Source: Oikopleura dioica (taxonomy: Eukaryota > Animalia > Chordata). Taken from it: DNA of 64,000 bases. The notes under the pieces were generated by a model. The model did not search any database and was not told where the DNA came from. It saw nothing but the letters and a program-made list of their open reading frames with translations. Of this stretch, positions 1 to 12,986 are shown piece by piece. Where the stretch lies: positions 6,200,001-6,264,000 of the forward strand of contig OU015568.1 in the NCBI GenBank assembly GCA_907165135.1, read 5' to 3'. Position numbers and translations under genes: made by a program. Numbering within the stretch: the stretch's first letter is position 1; every line of letters starts with the position of its first letter.

Positions 1-31
1 TGAGCCTGCGTTTCTCTGAAATTTTAAGATT

Positions 32-1074
32 CTAGCGCCCTTCATTTTCGTTTTTTTCTAACCTGGATTGGGTGGCAGCGGCGACATAGGGTCCGAAAAC
101 TTGAATAACAGTTTCGGACCTCAGCACCGATCCAAAGATATTTTTCAGACGCAACGAAATGTTGTTCTCTCCATTGACATCTGGCGACATTTCCGTTTCC
201 ATCATGTTATTCTGAACATCCTCCGCCGCTTGCTGCTCGACAGCTGATTGTCCTGTGTGTTGCTGACTGTTGTCGAACATTCTTTCTTTTCAGCTTCAAT
301 CCTCTCTCAAAAGTCTCATCTAAATGTAAAAAAAACCGTTATTTTTTCAGATCATCTGAGATTTTCAGAAATGAGAAAATCGATTTTCTGAACTGAGAAG
401 AAGGTAAATTCGGATCGAAAATAGAAGTTGATAAAAGAATTTCAAAGGGTAAGTCAGTAGCCAATAATTTCATGGAAAAATCGGGCGCGGACTTTGAATT
501 TCTCCCGTGAGCGCGAAAACTATCAGAAGATAAGAGTACTTTAAGGCTTCTATCAAGCAGATAATAGGTAATTCTTAAAAAATTTTTTGGCTTCAAAAAC
601 ATATTTTTATCGAAAAATTATTAAAATAGAAATTTTTCAAAGCAAAATTTTCCAAAGAAAAATTTTCAATAGATCACTTCTCTTTTGAATAAAACTAACA
701 GCTTGTTAGTAGGAGTACTGTATCCTCGCCAAAAACGCTGGCTGGTGAGTCCATCCCCGTAAAATGCACTTTAGGGTAGCGCGCTACTATTGGGCCGTCG
801 TACGCGCCAATCCAAATTATCGGAAAAAGTGAAAAAGCTTTATTTACCACTTTGCGCCACTCTCTTTCATTTTTCATCCCTTCCAAAAATAGAGAATCAG
901 AAGAAATGCATCCGAAGAATCCCTACAAAGACGGAGTGCCTCAAGAATTTTTGGGTTCTTGGTTTTCAAAAAGAGAAAATAATTAGTTTTTCTTGTGTCA
1001 ATGACAGTATTGAAGACCAAAGCAAGTAGGTGGATCTTTACAAAAACGAACAAGAAGCAAGAGAGTTTTTGCAT
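32..1074 (-). CDS. Hypothetical spliced gene, runs off the left edge
   Basis: Several minus-strand ORF fragments (32-280, 339-602, 695-886) are separated by intron-like gaps; no family recognised. Confidence 0.3.
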
Positions 1075-1207
1075 TTGAATGAAAGTGGGAAGATTCTAGT
1101 GCTGGAAAGTCGCCAAGCAGATTGGTTCATTACGAAAAGGCTTCTCAAAAGGTAGAAATTGAGCTGTTTTCTTGACTGTAAGAATGTGTTCTCTTGTGAA
1201 ACTTGCG

Positions 1208-1295
1208 CTCGGCAACCTGTGTAGAAAACCTGAGTCAGGGCTCGAGGGAATTTTCGAACCTTGACTCAGGTTTTCTACACAGGTCGTCAAGCCCA
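1208..1295. mobile_element. Palindromic MITE-like element, family A (AP-1-site TIR)
   Basis: ACCTGTGTAGAAAACCTGAGTCA at 1215 pairs with TGACTCAGGTTTTCTACACAGGT ending at 1284; the same arms recur elsewhere in the window. Confidence 0.85.
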
Positions 1296-1399
1296 GCTTT
1301 CAAACTTTGGAGCTAAGGGTCTAAAACTCTCCCTATATAAAGTACTTGGCCATGTATTATAGACATTTGCTGTCTAATTAAATTCTTTGATAGGCATTC

Positions 1400-3430
1400 A
1401 TCGAAAGAGTTCAACAGTCACCCTGTCAATTTTCATCCGATTTTTTGATTTTTATCTTCGAAAGAAGCTTTTTTTCTGCTTTTAGCTTATTACTTTTTAA
1501 GGGATTTCAATATCGACATATTGGAGGATGCGCGTCACGGATCTATTGTCCCCGTTCTGCCACTTAGGATCGGTCAAAGTCGATTTTCTAATTTTAAGTT
1601 CGTTTCTAAATTAGAATTTCTAAGTTGCTGTAATTGATTAAATAGTAACAAGAGAAGATCTTTGGACGATTGATCGATTTTGATCCCTTTCGGCGAGGCT
1701 GAATTTTTTATTCAACGCTTTGGACTTTGTAACTAAAGTGTTGGCTCTTGATCCTCCTGGCCCGCAGTCCATTGTCGCGCTGGATGTTGGCTGCGGCCCT
1801 TATGGAATTATAGGACAACTAGCCGCCAAGTTATTCAATTGGCAAGTGCGATACACAGGCACGGGCGGCTTTTCATTTCAAAAGAAAGGTTCAAAGAGAG
1901 AGAGGGACACCTTCTTATGCCCCTTCCGCTTTTTTTATACTTGAGAAGTTCGAAATCAAGCCCGAAAAACAGAACCAGTAGAAGAATCAAGGCGACTTGC
2001 GGCGAAAAATATCACCGCAAATAGCGAAAATGATGTTTTGGTGGCGAAAGAGATTGAAGATGTCGAAGAGGTGAAAACAAGGAAGAGGTCAGGCGAAAAT
2101 GAGAGTCGGAAAAATGTTGTTCTTTGTAATCCACCCTGGTTTATTGGAAGGAAAGGGGTCAAGAATCAAGATAAAAATGGCAAAGGAGAAGATTTATTTC
2201 TTTTTTCAAGCAATTTGAATTTTAATTGATCCCGGAAAACAGCGACGATAAAAATCACGAGAAGGAAATTACCGGTGGCGAGGTCCAATTCGTCGAGCAT
2301 CTAATAAAACAGCATCAAGGAAAAGGGGTCACACTTGTTCTCGCCATTGCAAATAAAAGATAAGGATCGATCTTCAAATCTTCAGATCAAGTGAAATTTC
2401 GAATTTTGACGCCACCACGCGGCGTCACAGTCATAAAAAATAAGCTTTGGAAAGTGAGCCCAAGTTAGCGTCAGTCGACGCCTTTTGCTTCCTCATCGGT
2501 CGTAAGAAGTCCAGCCTGCTAATCATCAAAAAGGTTCATAAAATGGGCGCGCACGCTGAACTCACCAAAATGCGGCAAGGAACCAAGACGAGATATTTCA
2601 TTGGCGTCTCCTTCAAAGAATTCGAAAAGAAAGAGACATTCAAACCGAAGAAAGAAAAGTGCTTCTCAGCGTCTATTCAGAACAAGGAAAAAGGAGAGAT
2701 AAATTTCAGTTCCTCGGGCCTCTTGGGTCGATAACCTGTGTTAAACAGTGTGTTTACACCCTTAGTCAGGGTCTGAGGGATCTTTATTCGCGGGTTGTGA
2801 ATCACCACTTCCTTTCGCTGTAAAAAGTGTAGTTTCAGAGCTCGTTCGGTCTTAATGAAGATAAACGAGCCTTTGATCCCGTAAGGAAAGAGAGTAAAAC
2901 CTCCTTCAGAAGCGCAGCTTCAGCGAAATTAAATCCGAGCTATTAGAGATAATGAAGAGACGGGAGTTGAATCCGATTATCGCTGCGAATACTGGAGAGC
3001 TCTTACGATGCTCTGTGTGCGTTGTGAATCGACAGGAAGGGTCAAACAACTTAATTTTTTTCAACAGAACAAATTTGCTTTATTTTCCCTTGTTTGACCC
3101 TGTGGGAAGTGGGCCAATCGCAAAGAGAAACGTAAAGGTTTATCACCCCCTTTTCCTTTATCTACAAAAGCGGAGGGGACGCTGCTGCTCAAAAAGAAAG
3201 CAAATGACGATTGTAAATTAAGTGTGATTTTTGGGAAGAAAACTGATTATAATGAAGGCTCCGTTGCGATCTTTTATTGTAAAATTAGTCATCACCAATT
3301 TTAGCGAATTCTTGATTTTACGATAGAAAATAGATATCGGTTTCTATGGGTATTTTCAGCCAATCAAAAGCCGCCAAATCCAACAAAAATCTGCTCACGC
3401 CAGTTTTTAACCAGTGGATAGAGCAGCCAC
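1400..3430 (+). CDS. METTL16: METTL16-like RNA m6A methyltransferase (multi-exon, ends approximate)
   Basis: Exons encode RDFNIDI..IVPVLPLR, ALDVGCGPYGI (SAM motif I), VLCNPPWF (NPPF motif), GGEVQFV and TKMRQGTKTRYFIGVSF, matching the METTL16/RlmF motif order. Confidence 0.75.
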
Positions 3431-3777
3431 TTTAGAATGTGTTTAGATTAAATTATTATTAATTCAAGAATTCTAATATGCTTTGACATTGAATTTTGAA
3501 AGGACTGGTGATCTAAGATCGACGTAGTGATGTTTTTTCTGTCCTCGCTGGATAAATAATAGACAAGAGATGCGGAGCCCGATCAAGTATTGATGGTATT
3601 CAACTGCTTGGTGGACGAGTTTAAGAATTTACCGGTCACTTCCTCTTGAATATTGACCACTGGCCAGTCACTAAACACGGGCGACGGCGATTAAGACTGA
3701 CCTTTTCCCTTCTAGACTGGAAGAGAGAGAATCATCGTATCTCGGAGAAATGGGACAAGAAGAAAGAAAGAGAGAAA

Positions 3778-6244
3778 ATGGCAATTCCGATTTGGCGAAT
3801 TCGTCCCTCTCCATCGCGAATTAGATTCTTCGGATTTCTGGTTCTCTTTCTTGTTTTCACTTCGTTTTGTTATTTATTTCCGGCTGGAAGTTTCGAAGCC
3901 CGAGCTAGCTGGTCAGGACCACAGGTAAATAATACCTCAAAATCTTCATGAAAATAATGATTTAAATCGCCAGAGCGACACTTCAAAATACTTCCAACTC
4001 GACAACAGAAAAGCCTTTGTACCAAAGAATGATCCAATCTTATCCAACGAAGAGTTGCGCCTTATCCGAGATCGTCTTTTTTCCGACGATCAAGTTCGAA
4101 AATTTAATCATGATGCTTATCCCGCGGTGACCACTGCTTTGCTCATTCAAGTTCACAACAGACCTCAATTCTTCAAAGGTAAAAAATCAAGAAAACTATG
4201 AAATTTCATAGCTTCTTTTCAACCAATGAAAATGGCTAAAAGAGGCCTTCAGCCAATCAGAACGTGAATTTTTATTGTAAATTGTGGATTTCTGATTGGC
4301 TGGGCGCCTTCTAAAGCTATTTTGATTGGTCGATTATGAGCAGAATTTACAGTAAAGCTTGTCCCTTGTACTGATGTAAGTAGCTACTGAGATGTCCCCT
4401 ATTTACATATTTAAAGCCTTTTCCGACTAATGACCTGTCTCTAATATCTTATTAAGTTCTTCTCGACAGTTTGCGCGTCGCCGAAAATATTCATCGCGTC
4501 GAGTTAATTATTTCTCATGATATATACAACGACGAGATGCAAAATCTGACATCTTCCATTGATTTCTGCCGTGTCACGCAGATTTACTTTCCTCTATCCG
4601 CCTCGTTTTACAGGGATCAATTCCCTGCAGATGATCCCAACAACTGCCAGAAAGAGAGTGAAAATGCGAAGAAGGTGGAGAATTGCAGGGGAGAAGCGGA
4701 TACTTATGGCAATTTTAGAGAAGCTAGAATTGGTAAGTCTGAGAACAACTTTATTGCGCTTTTGATTGGCTAAGAGGGGAAATCCACCTTTCTTATTGGC
4801 TGGATCGAAAAATGAAGGTTTCTTATTGGCTGGCTGTAGAAATCGAGGCCTCTGAACCGAGGGATGCAGCCATTTATTGGTCCAAATCACCGATATTTTT
4901 CTACCGTAACAAATATCCCTTTTCAGTGAATATCAAACATCACTGGTGGTGGAAGCTCAATTTCTCTGCCATCCACTTCTCCCATATCGAAACCTTCGTG
5001 CTGCTAGAAGAAGATCACGCTTTGATGCCAGATTTCGTCGAAATCATCGACCAAATTCAATCCTTCGCGGCGGAGAAAAACCCCACCATTCGCCCACATG
5101 TTCCCTTTATCACCACTCTGGGGACATACAAGGCGAAAATGACGTACAACCAGAGGGACTGGCAGACGGTAATTTCCTCCAGCTTCAACTCGGGCAAACA
5201 CAACATGGCGATGATTTTGACAAAGAGCTTCGTCGAAAAGTTACGATCGCCGCCCATGGTCAAGTTGTTTTGTGAATACGACGATTACAACTGGGATTTT
5301 TCATTGTTCAATGCAGTTCAAGAGAATATCAAGACGCTACGTGTTTATATGCCTCAAATACCTCATGTCTTCCACTTAGGTAAAATTCATTGCGCCAAGA
5401 CCATGGAAATTTCTTATCACTAGAGAAATATCTATACCTAAAATTTAAGTTCTGTTTCGACCAATTACAGCGCTTCAAAACGCCTTAGTCCAATAAGAAA
5501 TCCTATTCTATGGAATCAGGGCTTCTTATTGGAGAGAGGCCTTTTTTGAGCAATCTGATTCGTCGAAATAAAACAATGTTATTTTCAGTTTTATGTTGTT
5601 TCTCATAATTTCTCTGCTCTCAAATTCATTTTAGCGATCTAAAAATAGGTATACATTTAGCTTGTTTGGTAGAGAAAGATTACGGAAACCAGGGCGAATC
5701 GCTGTGGATACCCTTAATCGTGTCTTGGAGCTCCAAGATGAACAAATTTTTGAAAGTAGTCATGATTCTCTAAACACTTATTTCTTTTAAAAAAATAATT
5801 GATTCGTCGTTGCTAACCAGCGTTCATAAATAATTAAAGGGGACAAATGCGGCCTTCATCACGATAAAGGTGACTGCAGCGCGGCGAACGTCGACTCCTA
5901 TCGCAAAATGCTCAAAGGCAAGGTCAAATGTCAACCTTATTGCTAAAACTACTCAGACGAGATTTTTTATGACCTGTCACTAAAGACCATCGATATTTTT
6001 TCTTCCCGCCAAATTTTACCAGCTGGAGGCGCGCCACAGAGAAAGTAAAGCAGAAACTCAAGGCACGGGTTTTCTATAGAGAGATATTTACATGAAAATT
6101 CTCTAAGAAGAAAAGCTAGAAATCCCTAAAAAGCCAAACGGCGGCTGGGGAGACCGGCGCGACCGGGATCTTTGCTACTTTCTCGTCAACAACGTCGATC
6201 CAAGTTCATTACGCCTTGACCAATTACCCTTTCTCCAATCTTAA
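3778..6244 (+). CDS. MGAT2: Alpha-1,6-mannosyl-glycoprotein 2-beta-N-acetylglucosaminyltransferase (GlcNAc-T II)
   Basis: N-terminal signal anchor; IQVHNR, ISHD, QIYFP, DDPNNC, KHHWWWK, LLEEDH, YDDYNWDFSL, HLGDKCGLHH; C-terminal NGGWGDRRDRDLC. Confidence 0.93.
4218..4333. mobile_element. Palindromic element, family B (CCAAT-box arms), in an MGAT2 intron
   Basis: 44-bp imperfect inverted arms, TCAACCAATGAAAATGGCT..CAGCCAATCAGAA and TTCTGATTGGCTG..TTTTGATTGGTCGA. Confidence 0.7.
4772..4885. repeat. Tandem CCAAT-family units in an MGAT2 intron
   Basis: ATTGGCT/ATTGGT recurs 4 times, with the (T)TTCTTATTGGCTGG unit at ~30-bp period. Confidence 0.55.
5456..5567. mobile_element. Palindromic element, family B, in an MGAT2 intron
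   Basis: TTCGACCAATTA..CCAATAAGAA pairs with TTCTTATTGG..ATTCGTCGAA. Confidence 0.65.
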
Positions 6245-6308
6245 TTTATTGACAGCTACTATTTTCTGTTCCTTCACAACAAAAAAGACAAGGAGGAATT
6301 CGTTAAGA

Positions 6309-6878
6309 ATGGTTCTTGCTAGAGCGATTCTGGGAGTGTCGCTCGCTTATGCAACAAATCAGCTGACAGACGATGAAGATTTCGGAAATCGAGGGGAGGC
6401 TTCGGGCGACTACGACCTTGACCGCGAATACGACGAGATCCCCGAAGCTTCCGGTGACTTTCAGCCGATCACTAATCAAGTAATTTGCCTTTCCTTTTTT
6501 CGTTTTAACGAGCTCGCGGATTATCCCTCTTTTGAATCTACTCGATCAGTTTAAAATGACTTGAAAGGTACTCAACAACCCAAATGCCAAGTCGGCTGAA
6601 ATGGATGAGCCGAAGAATATCTTGAACGCCCTCGAAGACGACCTAGCAGCCGCCGAGCAAGAGCCAAAACTGTTTTTAGGAAAGTTTCAAAATTTCAAAT
6701 TCAAGAATCTCTTTTCAAAAATGAAGAGCCAAATTTGAAACGACTGAAAGCCCTTACTCTTGGTGTCGCTTGTTTATGTTGCCTGACCCTTCTTATACTT
6801 CTAGGCTGCCATAGGTTTAAGAAAAAGGATGAAGGCTCTTACGCCGTTTATCAGCAAGGAAAGAAGCATATAGCCTGA
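6309..6878 (+). CDS. SDC: Small syndecan-like proteoglycan
   Basis: Signal peptide, two acidic-flanked ASGD GAG sites, a TM helix and the syndecan C1 motif RFKKKDEGSY. Confidence 0.7.
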
Positions 6879-7440
6879 TATCTCCTTGGCCCTTTTTTGT
6901 GTTCTTTTTAATATTGTCCCGAAACATCTTTTTGTACAGTCTGCCATTTTCCTTCCCTCATTTCTCCTTGAATACTCCTTCTTGTCATCCTTTTTAAACT
7001 TTCATATTTACTATTGTACTTATACTTCTTTATTGATCATTCAAAGTAACACTTCTTTTCAAAGTAAAGATTTCATCATTGCGTTAAACCATTTTTACTC
7101 TTCAAAAGCTTTCAAAAGTATCTCAGAACATCATCTTTTTGTTGATCATTTATTTCTTTGCCCTTATCCTTTGCCTAAATAAATTTTGCACAAATAGAAG
7201 ATGAGTTTTGTTCTCTTTCCCAAGGTTCACAAAATGCGGTTTTTACGGCCTCTGATTGGCTAGAGTGACCAATAGGGCTTTCTTATTGGTTCAAAAGCCC
7301 CTTGATTTGAAATGGGTATCGGATATTTTGCACACAATTATTCTAGCAGGAAACTCTTCCAGGTCAATATTTGCATGACTTTTCTCTGCTGAAAAATTTG
7401 CTCTACTCCCATCGAGTATTTGACTTTTCAGAGTAAAATA

Positions 7441-9286
7441 ATGCATTGTCGCATTTTACGAAGTTCGACTCTTTTAAAAAGCAGCCTTCCAAGAACAATT
7501 CCTTCTTTTAGAAAACATGGAATATCAGCAGATCAGCAGCATGAAGTCGCTTTTGAAATGGCAGCATCAAACATTCGTTTTGGTGAAGGTGTAACGAAGG
7601 AGGTCGGATTCGATTTGAAAAATATGGGGGCGAATAAGGTTTTGGTCTTTACGGATGCGAATTTGGCGAAGCTGGAGCCGATGCGAGTTGCGCTTGATAG
7701 TTTGACGAAGGCACAGGTTCCGTTTGAGGTTTATGATAGGAAAGGATATTCAAGTTTCCGCGTAGAGCGCGCCGGAGCTTTTCATGAGCAAATTTTCTTA
7801 ATCCAACGAAAAGAGTTTTGATTGAGCCTACAAATGAATCGATGGAAGACGCCATTGCCTTCACAAGAAAGTAAATATCTCCGAAAATCATCTTTCTTCA
7901 CCCCCTTTTCTAGCAACAACTTCGACGCATTCCTCGCAGTTGGCGGTGGAAGCGTCATGGACACGGCCAAAGTCGCCAATTTGTACAAAGTCTATCCCGA
8001 AGCTGACTTACTCGACTTTGTCAACGCTCCGATTGGAAAAGCGCTCCCCGTTCTGAGAGCTCTTCATCCACTTATTTGCGTCACGACAACTGCTGGAACT
8101 GGATCTGAAACGACGGGAGTGGCGATCTTCGATCATGTTCCTCTTCAAGCAAAAACGGGCATTGGAAATCGAGCGATTAAACCGACTCTGGGGCTGATTG
8201 ATCCACTGCATTTGAAGCACACGCCAAAGGTTTGCTACGTTATTTATTTATTATTTATTTGAAAACGGTGATGATTGTGAACATTCAGTTTTATTTTAGA
8301 AAATTTTAAACACATTCGTTATCATTTTAGATGGTGAGGGGTTTCAACAATTGTAGGGGGTTTTGATTCATTTTCTTAGCTATCCGTAGAGATGCAAAGG
8401 CTCTGTTATATACTGTAACCATCAGCTGTTTAGCAGCTGCCGCGACGCAGCTGATTAAATCGACCTGATTTTATTTATCTTTGAAGCGCTTTCTTGCTTT
8501 CTGGGTTGTATCTCATCTAAATAATTTTTAAAGATGGTGACTTCCTTCACTGGCTTCGACGTCCTCTGCCATGCTTTGGAAAGCTACACCGCGATTCCCT
8601 TCAAATCTCGCCCTGCTCCTTCTGATCCCAAGTTCCGCCCCGCCTACCAAGGTTCCAACCCCGTGTCCGATATTTGGTCTCTCCATGCTCTCCGAATGTG
8701 CGAAAAATACTTCTACAGGGCTGTCGCTGATCCGGAAGACATCGAAGCTCGTGGAGCTATGCACCTTGCTTCTGGCATCGCTGGAATCGGTTTCGGCAAT
8801 GCGGGGGTTCATCTTTGCCACGGCTGCTCGTATCCGATCTCTGGCATGATCAAGGGCAGGGGATACACGCCGGAAGGATACGAAAGCTGCGGAAAAGACC
8901 TTGTTCCCCACGGATTGTCAGTGACGATTACTGCGCCAGAAGTGTTTAAATTCACAGCTCCAGGATGTCCAGATCGGCATCTAGAGGGAGCCAGAGCCTT
9001 GGGAGCAGATACAAGAGGAATCAAACAAGCTGATGCGGGGTTTTTTCTCGCTGATACAGTGAAGAAATACATGTACGACTTGGGCTGCCCGGATGGGTTA
9101 GGAGCCATGGGATTCGATTCTTCTGATGTTGATCAATTAGTCACTGTAAGAAATAGAAAAAGTCTATCCAGTTTTCAACGATTCTAGGGCACGCGTCCGC
9201 AAGAAAGAGTAACAAAGCTCGCTCCAAGACAGTTCACGCCTGAGGATCTCGGCAACATCTTTTCCAATTCAATGAAGAATTACTAA
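7441..9286 (+). CDS. ADHFE1: Hydroxyacid-oxoacid transhydrogenase (iron-containing ADH family)
   Basis: AFEMAASNIRFGEGVTKEVG, AVGGGSVMDTAK, TTAGTGSETTG, GFDVLCHALESYT, GNAGVHLCHG, VPHGLSV. Confidence 0.96.
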
Positions 9287-9610
9287 ACCAACAACTTTCT
9301 TTCTTATTTACAGAGTGACAGTTCCAGATTCAAATAAAACCATGATTCACGAAACATGCTCATTTTTATTTATTTTTGTTTATCGACCCCTTTTTGAGAA
9401 ATTGTTAAACTCAAACTATCAAACTTGCGTTGTCTTAGTTGAGAAATCGCTGTGTGCCCAATTTGAATCGAAATCGTCCGTGTGTGAAATTTGAGCGAGT
9501 TTCATTGGTAGGTGGCCAAAGGCAGTGTGTGTGTGCCTCAACTTGTCAACCGCAACGGGGAAAAATTGAATCTGGAGCTGACAAAAGAGGACTAAGAAAA
9601 TCTCAAAAAA

Positions 9611-11086
9611 GATGGAGGCAAACCAGATCTCGCGGGAGAAAAAGAAGCCAGAACCTATCAGCATTCCTGACGGACCTAGAGTTGTAGTCAGCTCGTCTTT
9701 GGCGACACCGGATGTTAAGAATACTCTCCCGACGCCGGACGCGATGAGACTGTATAATCAGAACTTGGAGGGAGCGGAGCATCCACTGGTTCCAAGAATT
9801 ATCTCTAGGTAAATGCAAGCAATCAAAAAATCAAATTCTCCTCATAAGAATCGATGAAAAAGTCTTTTTGAAGAATTCGTTTTTTATTGAGAATAATCGC
9901 CTTTCATCCCTTTTTCTTTCTTTATTCGCCAACCAAGCCTGGGAAAGAAATATTTTGATAGCCCTGAGCGGCGGAAATCTTCCCTTGAGCTCTCCTCGCA
10001 CGCGGTGATTCACAAATAAGAGCCACTTTTGACAACAAGGGACTCTTGCTAATCAAAGAACAATTGCTACTAAAGTGACTAAGACGCGCAAAAGCGAGGA
10101 TGAATGTTGAAAATTTTCAAGCCGAAGTGAAAGTTGAAAACTTAGATGAAACCATCATTGAAGAGATCGAAAACAATTCAGCAAATAATTTTAGCCTTGC
10201 TTCAAACAGCTCGAACAGCAGCGAAGTGAAAAGAGAGCCAGAAACTGACCATCCAGAGATTCCGGTGCAGCAAATTCAGGCGATTTCTTCCGAAGGACCG
10301 ATGATTAGCGCGATTGATTTCACCGCGTCGACGAAGAATTCTATCAATCCTATGGTGCCGATGGGTGCAGGTTCTCAACCTTTTCCTGTCTCTAGAACTT
10401 TTTTCCTCCGAACTTTTGTTGTCCGGGAATGACCGGTTTTAACGCACAAAATGGATGATTCCGAAGATAACATGGAAGATCTTTTCAAAGATCTTTTTAA
10501 AGAAATCGAAGACTTTCGAAATTCACAATTGCAACTTCGATTTCAGTATAAACGTAATTTTCCGAGACACGTTATAATGGATAGGGCTCTCAATTTCAAT
10601 CTACGAAAGGCGTTATTTCCGCAAAATTTCTCAATTAGTCGATACGCCTTTTTATTGCCCCTATTTTGTCATTTTTCTATCGTTGACGAACCTAAAAAAG
10701 TGATGTCTGAGCATTCCACGAGTCACCCCGGCGTCCATCAATTGCCAACGCAACCTATCGATATGGACACTCAACTTGAGGTTCGACAAGAGTCTTCTTT
10801 AATATAGTATGACCCCCTCATGTTAATTTTCAGGCGAAGCTGGAGAGAAAGCGAGAAAGAAACCGAGCTGCGGCGACGAAATGTAGACAGAGAAAAATTC
10901 AAAAGATTCAAACCCTCGAATCGCATGTTCAAGAACTTACAAGTAACTTATAGTCACTTTTATTCCTCTCTTACTCTTTTGATTAGGAAAGAACGAGGAG
11001 CTGAAGAGCCAGAGATACGAGCTGAAAGAGCAGTTAAAGCAGCTGGAGATGAAGATCAACGAAAATCCCCAACTAAGGTCTGTTAA
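9611..11086 (+). CDS. Hypothetical protein(s), acidic/low-complexity, multi-exon
   Basis: Series of plus-strand exon-like ORFs bounded by GT/AG; no family recognised; may be two genes. Confidence 0.4.
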
Positions 11087-11368
11087 ATTTCTTTGAAAAA
11101 TGAATACGAACGTATTTATATTTGAAGAGAGCAATTTGTTATGACTCACGATATGCACATTCATCGGCCGATCAGCGGTTAGCGGCTAACCGTTAGCCTT
11201 ACCTCATTTTCTTGAAAATTGAAAATTCAATACTGTCTTCCTAATGTACCAATAAATGATATGACCTGATCAAGATAAACCATTCTTTCAGATAAACCAA
11301 CTGTCAGTAGTTGTTTATCTATTGTAGTTTTCTGCAGGATTCTATTGCTTATGCATTTGATTGTAGAA

Positions 11369-12943
11369 TGCTTCGAAGTTCGAAAGAGCTCAGGAGGGCT
11401 CTTGCTCGAGCAAATTCAGAAGCGACCAAGGGCCTCCGATTCGGCGGATTCAATGATCCCTGGTGGTCAGGCTCAAAGTGGAATCGGGACGACAGTTTCG
11501 CCATCCCAGACAAGCAAAAAGACAAATTTCCGATGCTCGATGACCAGGGCGGTCCTCATCGACCATTAAAGTAAACCCAGCCATAGAATTTCGAGGATAA
11601 CGGATATTTTTTCGCAGGAATCGAGACTGGGCAAAGCGAACAGACCCAAGAGGAAAAAATCTAAGAAAGGCGAATCAATACAGCGTTGAATTTAACGGAC
11701 ACGCGCCCAAGCCGTACTGGGTCATGGAAGGAGTTGATAAGGAAACGGGCGAAAGGGAGTTCTTCGCCGGTTTGCCAGCCAAGCCAATTTGGAGGCAGCC
11801 CAGCAAAAAGCAAAGAGTGAGTAGAAGATAAGTGTTTCGTAAGCCAATTCTTTCAGGAAGCGATGATCAACACACACGAATACGACCACGAAGAAATACC
11901 CGTCGAGTTCATGCACTACCACGCCAAAATCAGCCAGGAATACAACCACCAGATGAAAGCAGTGAGAGCATTCGCCTTTGAAAAATACGTAGAGCCCGTT
12001 TTGGTCGAGGAAGAAGCCATAGCCCAGTGCCAGCTATTCGTCAGACAAAATTCGTCAACTATTGAAGAGTTCAAAGCAGCGAAAATTGAAGCGAAGAAAT
12101 ATCCAGTTCGACACGATCGTTTCCTGAACTGGTATTCTTTCTCCAAAGACAGAAGGGGAGCCAATCTTGTTCAAAAGCAAATCCAGCTGATTCAATCAAA
12201 AGTCGATCATTTGGAAGAATTGAGGGGCAACGCTGGAATGCCCGCGGAATATAGAGACGTTAGCAGAAGAATTGCTTGGAACGAATTTAGAGTAAGACCG
12301 AATTTAAAAGAATGGTTGATTGTAAATTGCGAATTCTTAGAATGAATCTATGAAAGAAGAATTTATGCAAAAACTTGAAACTTCTGAGCTAAAACGACTT
12401 GAGCGCGAAGAACGAGAAGTTGAAAGAATAAGAAAATATAAAAGATCGCTGGAGAAGAAGCATAAAAAAGAGTTTCAAGAATGGACTGCTGCTTCTAAAG
12501 ACTTTTTGGTAAGAGAAATTCGATTGGCAGAGGTGAATGTTCGTTTAGCACGAAAATAATGTCGATGATAAAATTCTATCTGCTTTGGAACGACCAACAA
12601 CTCATAATTTCCCCGTCGACGAGTTAGGAAGACCCGATTTGGACTCATCAAAGATTCATACTGCCGAGCGTAATTTCCGACTCACGCCGACAGAGCAAGA
12701 GTACTTCGTCCTCCGAAAAATGCGAGAAGAACAGCGTATTAAAGGAAACGTCGATTTAGCGGAGCAGTTGACAAAGGTAGGGTCAGTTCTATCCAGTCAA
12801 GAATTCACGCTTCTTTTTTCAGCAATTTTCGGACGAAGAACTTTTACAAATGGTCGAAGAATTTGAGCTCGCCCATGAAGAAGCCGAAGCAGAAAGAGCC
12901 GCTGAAGAAGCAGAATCCACTGCTGCTGAAAAATCTAGCAATT
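11369..12943 (+). CDS. MRPS26: Mitochondrial ribosomal protein S26-like with N- and C-terminal extensions
   Basis: Arg-rich presequence; VEF..QEYNHQMKAVR, RRIAWNE..KRLEREERE, SKDFL, LERPTTHNFPVDELG follow the order of the mS26 core (from memory). Confidence 0.5.
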
Positions 12944-12986
12944 AGTCTTCTCTCTTCCTCTCTTCTCAAAATCTGAGTCTTTTAGA

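Noticed and set aside
4812-4915. N-terminus of the 203-aa ORF as MGAT2 coding sequence
   Set aside because: It is intronic family B repeat sequence that happens to be open; the exon starts near the IKHHWWWK codons.
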